A stretch of DNA of 39,950 bases from Candidatus Kaiserbacteria bacterium. Lineage in GTDB: Bacteria > Patescibacteriota > Minisyncoccia > Phycocordibacterales > Phycocordibacteraceae. Of the stretch, positions 16,515 through 25,987 are shown one piece after another. Under the pieces are notes generated by a model. The model was not told where the DNA came from. It saw only the letters and a program-made list of their open reading frames with translations, and ran no database searches. Each line of letters begins with the position of its first letter. Positions within the stretch are counted from its first letter, which is position 1. The translations under genes were made by a program, and so were the position numbers. The stretch is from positions 135,928 to 175,877 of the forward strand of contig JAHFMN010000001.1 in assembly GCA_023264445.1 (NCBI GenBank), written 5' to 3'.

Positions 16515-17785
16515 ACTTTCTGTTTCCACTTTTTTTCTTGGCGAGCAAGTTGCACCCCATCGGCGGAGTTAGCAAGCAAGGCCTCTACGATGCGCTCGGT
16601 GCGGATAGATTGCGAACCTTTCACCAGAACGACATCGCCCGCGCGAAGCTGTTCGGGGAGGATACGCGCAGCATCATATGAGTTATTACACTGTATGACT
16701 TCGGTGCCGTTCGCCGGCACAGCAAAAGCTCGAGCGCGAATTCCCACCGTAACAACGAGATCAGCTGAAGCGCTTGCGAGCGCACCAACACGTTCATGCT
16801 CCATGACCGAGTAGCGCCCGAGTTCGAGCATGTCGCCCAGGACTGCAATACGCCGCTTCGCTCGCGGGAATGCCTTCAGGGTTGCAAGTGCTTCCTCAAC
16901 CGCCGCTGGTGAAGCATTGTATGAATCGTCAATGATGACTGAACCGTTTTTTCCGGCGAGGAGACGGCCGCGGCCAGGCGGGGATTCGTAGCTCTCGAGC
17001 GCTTTGAGTGCCTCCGAAAGCGGTATTTCAAAGTCCTGCGCCGCTGCGACTGCGGCCGCAACTGGAAGAAGCTGTGTCTTCCCAACCGAACCTCGTACGA
17101 TGCAGAAACCCTCTTCTCCCCCTGCACTTACCTTTGCTTGCATGCCAGCGACCTTCCCTTCGCTCTCATAAAAATCAACATCGCTTATGCGCGTGTTTAC
17201 ATCCTCTCCGATGCCGTAAGAAATGACCCGGGCAGGCGTGCGCACTGCATTATCGAATGCATATGCATCATCGGCTAGGACGATGAGCGGTGCATTTGCC
17301 GGGAGCGCATACGCCGGGGAAAATTCTTCTTCTCGTACTGCTTCGGGTGAAGCATATGCCTCGACATGGACCGGTATCTCTGGCAAGCGAGTGACGACCA
17401 CCATGTCCGGTGTTGCGATGCGCAGTATGCCTGCGAGGTCGCCCGGCTTGTCCGCACTGACCTCCAGTACGAGCATATTTGGATAATGATTCGGTAACAC
17501 CAGGAGTGCCACCGCCCTTTTCATAAGGGAGAACCATGCAAAAGGATTCTTCCAAGGATTCTCCACCCCCAAAATAGTGAACGGCACGCCAAACTCACTA
17601 TTGAAACTCTTCTCGCTCTTCCGGACATACAGGCGCGTCCCGAGTACTGCCGCTACCGCATCTTTCGTCGATGTCTTCCCCACTGATCCGGTGATCATCA
17701 CGATGCGCGGGTGGTATCGGCGTATGACGGCGTGCGCAAAAAACGCAAGAATCAAAACGACAATTGGCTTGAGGATGCTTTTCAT
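16511..17785 (-). CDS. murF: UDP-N-acetylmuramoyl-tripeptide--D-Ala-D-Ala ligase
   Basis: ITGSVGKTSTK, SFNSEFGVP, IDDSYNASP, VLGDMLELG, LVKGS. Confidence 0.93.
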   Translation of the reverse strand: MKSILKPIVVLILAFFAHAVIRRYHPRIVMITGSVGKTSTKDAVAAVLGTRLYVRKSEKSFNSEFGVPFTILGVENPWKNPFAWFSLMKRAVALLVLPNHYPNMLVLEVSADKPGDLAGILRIATPDMVVVTRLPEIPVHVEAYASPEAVREEEFSPAYALPANAPLIVLADDAYAFDNAVRTPARVISYGIGEDVNTRISDVDFYESEGKVAGMQAKVSAGGEEGFCIVRGSVGKTQLLPVAAAVAAAQDFEIPLSEALKALESYESPPGRGRLLAGKNGSVIIDDSYNASPAAVEEALATLKAFPRAKRRIAVLGDMLELGRYSVMEHERVGALASASADLVVTVGIRARAFAVPANGTEVIQCNNSYDAARILPEQLRAGDVVLVKGSQSIRTERIVEALLANSADGVQLARQEKKWKQKV

Positions 17786-17798
17786 GATTGATGTTCGC

Positions 17799-19553
17799 TT
17801 ATCCCGAATGTGTCGAGACGACGCCTGCTTGTACCGGCAGGCCACGGTCAGGAGGTACAGCGTAATAGTCTATGAGGAAATGCACAAGGTCGAGAAAAGT
17901 TGAGTTCAGGGTTTCTGAAGCGTAGGTAACGCCCTTCGGGTCATTCGTGTAGAGCAAGATAATGAAGCGCGGGTTATAGGAAGGGAAGAACCCGACAAAC
18001 GAATGGAAGAACCGATCCGTGTAGTATCCACCGCCCGGCATCGTAAGCTGGGCAGTACCCGTCTTCGCCGCCACCGACATAGTGGGGATCTTTGCCTTGC
18101 CGTCGTTGAGTTTCTCATCAACGACTGCATCCATCATGCTCGTTATCTCGCGAACGGCTGTCGATGAGAAAACTTGCGTCGTCTTCCCCCAGTCAAGCGT
18201 GCGCTCTATGCCCGAATTAAGACGTACGGCGCGTACCAAATGCGGCGTCACCATCGTGCCTCTGTTTGCGAGCGCACCGAGCGCGCGCATCATCTGTATC
18301 GGCGTTACGGCAATACCCTGTCCGAAAGCCGCCGTATCGTAGCCGATCTGCTGGGGCTTCGAGAGATTGCTCAAGAGCGCATGTCCCTCGTTTGGCACGT
18401 CAATGCCTGTCTTCGTTCCAAACAGCTTCGTAAAGTATGCTCGGAAGGAATCCTGTCCGAGCTCGGTCGCTACCCATGCCGCGCCGAGGTTCAAAGACTG
18501 CACAATGACCTGCTTCATCGGGACGACGCCGCGCGCCTTTAAATCCCAGTTGCAGATGCTTGCGGTATTCACGGTGATACAACCCGTATCGGTATAGGTC
18601 GTCTCCGGCGTGATGACGCCTGCATCAAGCGCCGAGGTCAGCGTCAGAGGCTTCATGATGGAGCCAAACTCATGCACGTGCTCCACAAGTGGGTTGCCGA
18701 GCAGAGTCGGATCTACTTCTTGCAGATTATTGCCGTCGTAGGTCGGATAGCTTGCAAACGCAAGGATCGCACCAGTCGTGGGATCCATGATGATTCCCCC
18801 CGATTCTTTACTCGAATAGCGCTGTGTAACTTTCGTGAGGTCGTCCTGAAGGCGCGTTTGCACCTCCGGCTCGATAGTGGTTATGACGTCGCCCTCGCGC
18901 GCATCCTGCGCCAAGACAAGCAGATTACCGACATTTGAAAAAAGTTCCGCAAAGAAATTCTTATACAGCGAGTCCCCCGAGCGTTCGAGTGAATCATTGT
19001 ATGTCGCCTCAAGGCCAGTCTGGCCGGAGAGTGTATCGCTCGAGCCGTACGACACGATGCCAATTGCCTGTGCAGCGAGCGCACCTCCGGGATACAACCG
19101 CCATCGCTCGCGCAGTACCTGTACACCTGGGATGTGTTTCGCATCGAGCGCCTTTCCCTCTTCGTCAGAGAGACGATGCGCGATTTCGATATGGACTTGC
19201 GATTTCTTCGAAGCGGCCGCGAGGAACGCGTCATGCGAGAGTAGGCCGGGAACGACGGCTGTTATCGAAGCATACGCGCCTTCAGGGTCGCTAAGAATCT
19301 GTGGGTTTATCGCTACAAGAAAGCCGGTTGCAAGCGTCGCTGCGGAGATAAGCGTGCCGTCCTTGCGAGTGAAATAAATGGATCCGCGATCAAAGAGTCC
19401 ACTTCCACCTGAAGCAAATTGCCGATCAGCCTTTTGCGCATAGTCCTGTCCACGGACGATTTGTATGAAATACAGCCGAACGATGATGCTTAGCGCAACG
19501 AGGAAGACGAAAACGAGGACGAGGCGCAGGCGGAAACGGAACTGCGCGCGCAT
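17799..19553 (-). CDS. ftsI: Class B penicillin-binding protein (FtsI-like)
   Basis: N-terminal TM, RGSI, GSIMK (SxxK), SLN, KTGTAQ; position in the dcw cluster. Confidence 0.88.
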   Translation of the reverse strand: MRAQFRFRLRLVLVFVFLVALSIIVRLYFIQIVRGQDYAQKADRQFASGGSGLFDRGSIYFTRKDGTLISAATLATGFLVAINPQILSDPEGAYASITAVVPGLLSHDAFLAAASKKSQVHIEIAHRLSDEEGKALDAKHIPGVQVLRERWRLYPGGALAAQAIGIVSYGSSDTLSGQTGLEATYNDSLERSGDSLYKNFFAELFSNVGNLLVLAQDAREGDVITTIEPEVQTRLQDDLTKVTQRYSSKESGGIIMDPTTGAILAFASYPTYDGNNLQEVDPTLLGNPLVEHVHEFGSIMKPLTLTSALDAGVITPETTYTDTGCITVNTASICNWDLKARGVVPMKQVIVQSLNLGAAWVATELGQDSFRAYFTKLFGTKTGIDVPNEGHALLSNLSKPQQIGYDTAAFGQGIAVTPIQMMRALGALANRGTMVTPHLVRAVRLNSGIERTLDWGKTTQVFSSTAVREITSMMDAVVDEKLNDGKAKIPTMSVAAKTGTAQLTMPGGGYYTDRFFHSFVGFFPSYNPRFIILLYTNDPKGVTYASETLNSTFLDLVHFLIDYYAVPPDRGLPVQAGVVSTHSG

Positions 19554-19562
19554 AATGATCTC

Positions 19563-19859
19563 CTACCGCAGGGCGGTCACGCTCTCCGCTCGCACGAATG
19601 CCGTCGCGATGGGCTTTGCATAGCCCTCGGCCGCGTAATTCGTACCGGTAATGAGCGCCACGTTCTCGAGATACTGCTTTTCAAGAGTTGCGACTGCCGA
19701 TTCGTCGTTTCGCACCGATTGGGAGAATTCAACCGTGAGCGCCGCATAGCTCATCACGACGGCGATGAGACCGATGTAGAGGACTGCGAGGAGGCCGACA
19801 ATTCCCACGCAGAGCGGGACAGGCGGATATGGGAGGTGTACTCGCATCGTATTAAGCAT
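19563..19859 (-). CDS. FtsL-like single-TM protein
   Basis: TM plus short coiled coil between rsmH and ftsI. Confidence 0.6.
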   Translation of the reverse strand: MLNTMRVHLPYPPVPLCVGIVGLLAVLYIGLIAVVMSYAALTVEFSQSVRNDESAVATLEKQYLENVALITGTNYAAEGYAKPIATAFVRAESVTALR

Positions 19860-20805
19860 AGGAATGGAGGGGGAGGATTGAATCTGCCTGTTCCATCCCC
19901 GCAGAAGCGGCAGCTCGTTCGAATACGCGCAGTTTTGCGCTGCGTGCGCGACGATTCGTAAGGATTTCCTCGCGTGAAGGAGTGATCGGTTTTTTCGGCG
20001 TCACTGCCCCCAATCCCGCGTATGCCGCATCGCGAAGCACATTCTTCACGATGCGGTCCTCGATGCTATGGAAGGAGATGATGGCGAGACGCCCGCCCGA
20101 AGCAAGCGCCGTGAGCGCGGCAGCAAGACCATCACGAAGCGCTCCGATTTCATCATTTACTGCGATGCGCAGCGCCTGGAATGTTTTCGTGGCCGGATGA
20201 ATCTTTCGATCGTGATACGAGCGCGGCGTGCCAGCAAGAACGGCTTCCACGAGAGCGCCGGTGGTGAGTATCCGATTCTTTGCGCGCGCAGCGACGATCG
20301 CGCGCGCAATGCTTCGCGAGTAGCGTTCTTCTCCATAAGAAAAAATAATATCGGCAAGCACTTCTTCGGAAGAGGAGTTCACGATGTCGGCCGCCGTCTC
20401 ACCTCCCTCGCCGTACGTCATGAGAAGCGGTTCATCATTCTGAAATGAAAAGCCGCGCGGCGCGGCGATCTGATACCCGCTCCACCCGAGATCAAAAAGG
20501 ATGGCATCAACGCTGCCGATGCCGAGCCGTTCAAGAATGCGCGAGAGGTTGCGAAAATTATCGTTTACCAGATGCGCAACCGGGCGCTCGGGCCGGCGAT
20601 CGCGCGCGTACGCTTCACGCGCCCGCTCCACCGCCGCCGGATCGGCATCAATGCCGATGATGACGCCATCTCCTCCTAGGAGAGTGATCAGCGATGCGAA
20701 GTGTCCTGCTCCACCCAAAGTCGCATCCACAACCGTATCGCCCGGCGCAACGGAGAGTGCATCAAGCACTTCCTTCATGAGTACAGACTCGTGTCGGGCC
20801 TCCAT
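19852..20805 (-). CDS. rsmH: 16S rRNA m4C1402 methyltransferase
   Basis: HESVL, DATLGGAGH, DLGWS, HPATKTFQALRIAVN, ISFHSIEDR, RSAKLR. Confidence 0.96.
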   Translation of the reverse strand: MEARHESVLMKEVLDALSVAPGDTVVDATLGGAGHFASLITLLGGDGVIIGIDADPAAVERAREAYARDRRPERPVAHLVNDNFRNLSRILERLGIGSVDAILFDLGWSGYQIAAPRGFSFQNDEPLLMTYGEGGETAADIVNSSSEEVLADIIFSYGEERYSRSIARAIVAARAKNRILTTGALVEAVLAGTPRSYHDRKIHPATKTFQALRIAVNDEIGALRDGLAAALTALASGGRLAIISFHSIEDRIVKNVLRDAAYAGLGAVTPKKPITPSREEILTNRRARSAKLRVFERAAASAGMEQADSILPLHSYA

Positions 20806-20806
20806 A

Positions 20807-21235
20807 TCAGTTTGTACTGCCGACTTTCTCGGCAAATGTATCGGCATCGCGCTCGATACCGGTCGTGTATCGCTTCCACGCGCCCTCCTCCCATATCTCC
20901 ACGCGGTCAGCGACACCAGCAATAATCGCTTTCTCTCTAATCGACGCAAATGATTTCAAATTTTCAGGAATGAGCACCCGGCCCGAGCGATCGACTTCAG
21001 CTTCAAAAGAACCTGCAAGAAAAAGGCGTGCGAGACCGCGCTGTGCCGCATTGCCATTTGCTTCCCTCGCATATGCCTGAGCTTGCTTCTCCCACGCCTT
21101 TCGAGAATAGACATATAGACAATGATCGAGGCCGCGCGTCACGACGACGACACGGCCCAGATCTTTCCGAAACCGAGAGGGCACGGAAATCCGGTTTTTG
21201 GAATCAAAAATGTGTAGGTATTCTCCGAGGAACAT
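20807..21235 (-). CDS. mraZ: Transcriptional regulator MraZ
   Basis: MFLGEY..FDSKNRISVP, VDRSGRVLIP, RVEIW. Confidence 0.96.
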   Translation of the reverse strand: MFLGEYLHIFDSKNRISVPSRFRKDLGRVVVVTRGLDHCLYVYSRKAWEKQAQAYAREANGNAAQRGLARLFLAGSFEAEVDRSGRVLIPENLKSFASIREKAIIAGVADRVEIWEEGAWKRYTTGIERDADTFAEKVGSTN

Positions 21236-21267
21236 TGTGGAAGATGGCTTCGCGGCGCGGGAGGAGG

Positions 21268-21331
21268 CCACCACTCCCCTCTCCCACTTCACTTACCACT
21301 AGTGGATTATATCCCACTCCTCCCCACCACC
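21268..21331 (-). promoter_or_regulatory. mraZ promoter with GTGG(G) direct repeats (MraZ operator)
   Basis: Several GTGG/GTGGG repeats around TATAAT (21311-21306), as known for dcw autoregulation. Confidence 0.75.
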
Positions 21332-21340
21332 CTATTTTAG

Positions 21341-21349
21341 TTATCCACA
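21341..21349 (+). promoter_or_regulatory. DnaA box
   Basis: Perfect TTATCCACA. Confidence 0.55.
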
Positions 21350-21353
21350 AGCA

Positions 21354-21378
21354 AAAGGCACCCTTGGAGGGTGCCTTT
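21354..21378 (-). terminator. Terminator after the LysRS gene
   Basis: AAAGGCACCCT/AGGGTGCCTTT stem. Confidence 0.7.
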
Positions 21379-21394
21379 GCGACGATAGCAGGTT

Positions 21395-22963
21395 CTATTT
21401 TATTGCTTCACCAAGACGCTCCACGACAAAATCATGCGGGAGGCCGGCGAGGAACCATCCGGCCTTGGGGCCAGAATCGCGATTAAGGAAGACACGGTAC
21501 ATGGTCTGGAAGAGCTCTTTCGGCTGTATGGGAATTTCGGTCTTTAACTCATGTAAGCGCAGGTGGAGCTCTTCGCCGGTGCGCTTTCCTGCTTGTAGAT
21601 AATCAGCGAGCGCTCCAAGCGCTTTCTTCTGAACATCAGAGAGCGCCACCTGCGGCATCTCCTTTTGTAATTCATATTTAAATTCTTCGGGTGCATAGGT
21701 AGCGAGCCAGAACTTCGCGTACCGCGCGCGCTCTTCAAGCGCGCGTTTTTCGTCTTCGGTCAGCGGGCTTCCCTTTGCTCGCACGGCTTCTTCAGCGAGT
21801 GCGAGATGCGGCATCTGGAGGACAAACGCGACCTCGCGAAAGCGCATCTGCCACGGTGCCATAAGCGCGGCGCGTTTCTCCGGAAGCTCGCAGAGTGCAA
21901 AGAGTCGTGAGTAGTCATCTGCCTTTCCTTCGCGCACGCCTTCCGCAAGTTCGTCATACCAGTCGTAGAGGCGCGGCACTGATTCTCCTGAAGGGTCGAT
22001 GTCTATCTGCTCGCGAATGTCCTTACCGATGAGCGCAAGACGGAAGAGCTCTGGCGGGAACAGGTCTGCCATATCTTTCGCGCTTGTGCCACGACCTTTT
22101 GAGGAAGACATCTTCCGGCCACCGACGAGGAAGAATTCATACGGCATATCAAATGGCGGTTCTGCGCCGAATATTTCGCGGGAGATATGATTCGCGACGT
22201 CGCGCGAACCGCCGCGCGTCGAATGGTCCTTCCCACCGCCCTCGATGTCGACGCCGACCGCGCTCCACTTCGCCGCCCAGTCGGCTTTCCAGAAAAGTTT
22301 TACCGCGCCCTTCCATGGCGCGACGCGGCCCGTGTGCCCGCACGGCACCGTCTCGTCCGGACTACGATCGCAGGTATAGCCGACCGTCTCGCCATCATAG
22401 TCGTGCGCGCGTGTCGTCATCATCTTTCCGCAGTTCTCGCAGACAACCGATACCGGGAGCCATGACTCGTCCTTATCAGAGCCCGATGTCTCCTTCAGGA
22501 TGCGGCGGATATCCTTCGCACGTTCGAGCGCAGTCTTAACATAAGTGTCCATCTTTCCGGAGCGGTAAAACTCGGTGGCGCGATAGTATGCCGGAGCGAA
22601 GCCGGCCTTCTTGTGTACACCCGTGAATTCAGCCCCAAAATATTCTGCGTAGTTTGCAAATCCTGACTCAGGGCTCGGCACGGCATAGAGCGGCTTGCCC
22701 AGGTGCTCTATAAACTTTTCCTGGTCGAGATAGCTCGGGATGGAATCAAACGGATCGAAATCATTGAGTTCATAGCGATATTCGTTTGCAATGCCGTATT
22801 CGGAAAGGACCTCGCTGATGAGGCCATGGATGGCGACGCCGCGCATTGAGCCCACGTGCACACGCCCTGAAAGCGTCTTTTCGTCGCGAATCAGGAACGT
22901 TTTCCCATCACGAGGTTTGCGTGTATCCCGTATCTCACCCGCTATGCGATCAGCCCAAAGCAT
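21395..22963 (-). CDS. lysS: Lysine--tRNA ligase, class I
   Basis: WAD, SGRVHVGS (HIGH-like), CENC..C..CGH, W..DW, EGGGKDH, KMSSSKG, GPKAG. Confidence 0.95.
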   Translation of the reverse strand: MLWADRIAGEIRDTRKPRDGKTFLIRDEKTLSGRVHVGSMRGVAIHGLISEVLSEYGIANEYRYELNDFDPFDSIPSYLDQEKFIEHLGKPLYAVPSPESGFANYAEYFGAEFTGVHKKAGFAPAYYRATEFYRSGKMDTYVKTALERAKDIRRILKETSGSDKDESWLPVSVVCENCGKMMTTRAHDYDGETVGYTCDRSPDETVPCGHTGRVAPWKGAVKLFWKADWAAKWSAVGVDIEGGGKDHSTRGGSRDVANHISREIFGAEPPFDMPYEFFLVGGRKMSSSKGRGTSAKDMADLFPPELFRLALIGKDIREQIDIDPSGESVPRLYDWYDELAEGVREGKADDYSRLFALCELPEKRAALMAPWQMRFREVAFVLQMPHLALAEEAVRAKGSPLTEDEKRALEERARYAKFWLATYAPEEFKYELQKEMPQVALSDVQKKALGALADYLQAGKRTGEELHLRLHELKTEIPIQPKELFQTMYRVFLNRDSGPKAGWFLAGLPHDFVVERLGEAIK

Positions 22964-23021
22964 TTTGAAATCCTAGCATATAAAGCGCATCGGCAGGTCA
23001 GAAAAAGATACGTTGCCTACT

Positions 23022-23059
23022 TGTCGCAATTTTGGACCTATAGGTCAAAAATTGCGACA
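23022..23059. repeat. 38-bp loopless palindrome, divergent copy 2
   Basis: TGTCGCAATTTTGGACCTA|TAGGTCAAAAATTGCGACA with one mismatched pair. Confidence 0.9.
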
Positions 23060-23068
23060 TTGAATCTC

Positions 23069-23542
23069 TCACGCTACTTTCTCAATAGTGTAGGTCTGCT
23101 TCCCTCCCGGAGTCTCAAATGTGAAGACATCTCCCTTCTTCTTCCCCATCAAGGCGGCACCGAGCGGAGAGACGTGCGAGAGTTTCTTCACGCGCATGTC
23201 GGCCTCTTCGCTGCCGACGATGGTGTACTCATGTACATTTTCATCTCCCTCTTTTTTAATAGAAACCTTTGAATTGAAGGAAACCTCACTCTTCTTCTTT
23301 CCGTCGGTGATAATCTTAGTGTTCTTCACCAACTCCTCCAGCTTCTTGATCCGCTCTTCGGTCGCGGCCTGTAGATCGCGCGCCTCCTGGTACTCGGCAT
23401 TTTCGGATAGGTCGCCCAGCGATCTAGCGTATTCGAGATTCTTTGCAATCTCGGTACGGCGCACGGTCTTCAGGTGCTCGAGCTCTTTTATCATCTCGTC
23501 GAACTTTTCCTGCGAAACGATGATTTCTTGCGGATCAGTCAT
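23069..23542 (-). CDS. greA: Transcription elongation factor GreA
   Basis: ARSLGDLSENAEYQEA, SPLGAALMG. Confidence 0.96.
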   Translation of the reverse strand: MTDPQEIIVSQEKFDEMIKELEHLKTVRRTEIAKNLEYARSLGDLSENAEYQEARDLQAATEERIKKLEELVKNTKIITDGKKKSEVSFNSKVSIKKEGDENVHEYTIVGSEEADMRVKKLSHVSPLGAALMGKKKGDVFTFETPGGKQTYTIEKVA

Positions 23543-23677
23543 AGGTCGTGAGCGCATTGTACCCAAGCAACGCAAGAGTGCAATAGGGATTGCAGAATCC
23601 TAGGGAAGGCGCATGATAAGCCACGGGAGAGCTATAGGCGCAACATCCAATCAGCGGTGCACAGTCAAGGAGGTCTC

Positions 23678-23899
23678 ATGAAGCCCGGAACAGAAATCAG
23701 AACTACGGACCGTGTGTTCAGCGCCGAAGGATTCATCCCAGCCGGCACACATGGGAAGGTGCTCCTTGCGGTAAGTGAAAATGGATACCGCATCGAGTTC
23801 ACCAACGTCGAGATACAGACCGGCGTCGGGACGAAGATGATCAATACGGTGACGACGGTGCTGACTTCGCACCTGACCGAAGCGGCGAAGTGCTCATGA
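23678..23899 (+). CDS. Small DUF4926-like protein
   Basis: IPAGTHGKVL....GYRIEF pattern, AGGAGG SD. Confidence 0.65.
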   Translation: MKPGTEIRTTDRVFSAEGFIPAGTHGKVLLAVSENGYRIEFTNVEIQTGVGTKMINTVTTVLTSHLTEAAKCS

Positions 23900-23907
23900 T
23901 TACCAAA

Positions 23908-23929
23908 GAAGCCACCTCCGGGTGGCTTC
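23908..23929. terminator. Terminator between convergent genes
   Basis: GAAGCCACC/GGTGGCTTC stem with T-rich tail. Confidence 0.7.
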
Positions 23930-23942
23930 GCTCTTTTCTTAG

Positions 23943-25637
23943 TTACCTAGACATGTCTGCCGCAGACGTGCCGCCAACGTACGGGGAGTTTTCGGCGTAG
24001 AGCAAATCAAAGAGGTCGCGCATGACATTCACCGCCTGTTCGCCCGTGCCCTCTGGACCGCGTTCAAGCACCACGGCGAACGCATATTGTGGATGGTCGT
24101 ACGGGAAAAACCCGACAACCCATGAATTGTCATATTGATTACGAACGCCGGTCTGCGCCGTACCGGTCTTTGCAGCAACATGCACATAGGAAAGATTGAT
24201 AGCACCTGCGAGCGCAGTTGTGACGGCCTGCCGCATACCCTCTCGCACGACCTGGAGCGCAGCAGCACTTGCAGGCACCGTAGTATAGGAAGGTGTCTGA
24301 TTTGCAAGCAATGTCGGCGTAAATAATTTCCCGCCGTTTGCTACTGCGGCTATCGCACGCGCCATCTGTATGGGCGTCACCTGCACTGAGTACTGGCCGA
24401 TTGCCGTAAAATACGTATCGCCGAGATACCACGGTTCATCAAATGTTTCTTTTTTCCAATCGGGTGTCGGAATAAGACCGTTTGCTTCTCCCGAGAGGTC
24501 AATACCCGTCGCACTGCCGAGGCCGAATTGCTTGTACCAATAATCCAAGCGATCAATGCCGAGTCCTTTCTGGCCCTCAAAACCACCGCCGACCGTATAG
24601 AAAAAGATATCCGAAGACCATGCGATTGCTTTACGCACGTCAACCAGACCGAGCGGTCGCCACCCCTTATAAATAAATGATTTACCAGGATGATACGGAT
24701 CCGGAATGGAAATAGAGCCGGGATCATTGATGATGGTGTCGGGCGTGATGAGACCGTCGGTGAGCGCACCGGAGGCAACAAGCGGCTTCACGACAGACCC
24801 GGGCGCATACACGCCCTGTATGGCGTGGTCGAGGAACGGACGTCCTGGATTGCTGTTGTAGCTCGCAATGGTGTCGGCGGGTCCGCCGGTCGACATGACA
24901 TTTGGATCATAACTCGGGTACGAAACGATTGCGCGCACCGCGCCAGTATGCACATCGAGGATGATGCCGGCACCGGCGATGAATCCTTTTGCACTCGCCA
25001 CATCTGCAACCGCACGTGCAACAAGTCTCTGCAACGCAGCGTCTATCGACAACTGCAACGTGCTGCCATTTTCCGGCTTGACGACCGTCCCTGCAGAGCG
25101 GATGGCGCCACGTACATCCTTCTCAGTCAGGAGCTGCCCGTTCTTCCCAGCGAGAAGTTCATCGTATTCAGCTTCAAGACCAGCAATACCGGTCTCGCTC
25201 GTATCATAATAGATTCCTTTTGCATCTTTCTTCGGATACGAGACATATCCGATGATCTGACTCAAAGAGGGGAATGGGTAGTGGCGCACGACACTCCCGT
25301 CTTCCCTCTCCGTATTCTCGGCAATCACCGTACCGTGTACATCCGTGATGACACCGCGTGGCGCAAACAGTGTCGTGACCTCGAGACTATTGTGCGCGCT
25401 CGCTTCCGCAAATGCGGCGCCGTTTACTATTTCAAGATGCCATGCACGCACAGCAAGAACGAGAAACAGGAGCGAGAGGACCGCTCCAAGCGAGACGAAG
25501 ATCCCGCGCGAGAGCGGTTTTTCGAGCCGGCCCTCGAAGCGGGCGCGCTCGTATGCGGGAGCATTCGATGCGTCAAGAAATATCTCGTCGGGTGCAATTT
25601 CCAAATTCAGCCTCTTTTTCCGCCGCCAGAGCATCAC
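23943..25637 (-). CDS. mrdA: Penicillin-binding protein 2
   Basis: APRGVI, PGSVVK (SxxK), SSD, KTGTAQ; downstream of mreBCD. Confidence 0.9.
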   Translation of the reverse strand: MMLWRRKKRLNLEIAPDEIFLDASNAPAYERARFEGRLEKPLSRGIFVSLGAVLSLLFLVLAVRAWHLEIVNGAAFAEASAHNSLEVTTLFAPRGVITDVHGTVIAENTEREDGSVVRHYPFPSLSQIIGYVSYPKKDAKGIYYDTSETGIAGLEAEYDELLAGKNGQLLTEKDVRGAIRSAGTVVKPENGSTLQLSIDAALQRLVARAVADVASAKGFIAGAGIILDVHTGAVRAIVSYPSYDPNVMSTGGPADTIASYNSNPGRPFLDHAIQGVYAPGSVVKPLVASGALTDGLITPDTIINDPGSISIPDPYHPGKSFIYKGWRPLGLVDVRKAIAWSSDIFFYTVGGGFEGQKGLGIDRLDYWYKQFGLGSATGIDLSGEANGLIPTPDWKKETFDEPWYLGDTYFTAIGQYSVQVTPIQMARAIAAVANGGKLFTPTLLANQTPSYTTVPASAAALQVVREGMRQAVTTALAGAINLSYVHVAAKTGTAQTGVRNQYDNSWVVGFFPYDHPQYAFAVVLERGPEGTGEQAVNVMRDLFDLLYAENSPYVGGTSAADMSR

Positions 25638-25732
25638 CCCATCATACTCGCCCCGTTAGATAACCGAAAGTTATGTGTTTTTCGTCAAAAAGACCTTTCA
25701 GTTCAAGAAATAAACGTGAATTATAAAAGGGA

Positions 25733-25987
25733 TTATCTAACGGGGCTCGCCCTAAGCTGACGGCGCACGAAGACGGCCATGACGGATGTGAGGAACCCAA
25801 GAAGCGTGCATATCGGAAATCGTCCCGCCTGCGGCACATAGAAAAGCGTATCGGCGAAAAGTCCTACGGCAAGCGGTACTAGAGGCTCATACAACGAAGT
25901 GATAAGAGCGAGGAGGACGGTCAAAGGCCACGGGAACAGTATGACTGAAATAAACGTGGTGATGGTAAGTATGCCGTTTCGTATCAT
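25733..25987 (-). CDS. Short MreD-like membrane protein
   Basis: Hydrophobic, GLFAD motif, between mreC and mrdA. Confidence 0.55.
   Translation of the reverse strand: MIRNGILTITTFISVILFPWPLTVLLALITSLYEPLVPLAVGLFADTLFYVPQAGRFPICTLLGFLTSVMAVFVRRQLRASPVR

Noticed and set aside
24690-25760. 356-aa + strand ORF
   Set aside because: Antisense to mrdA, no recognisable motifs.
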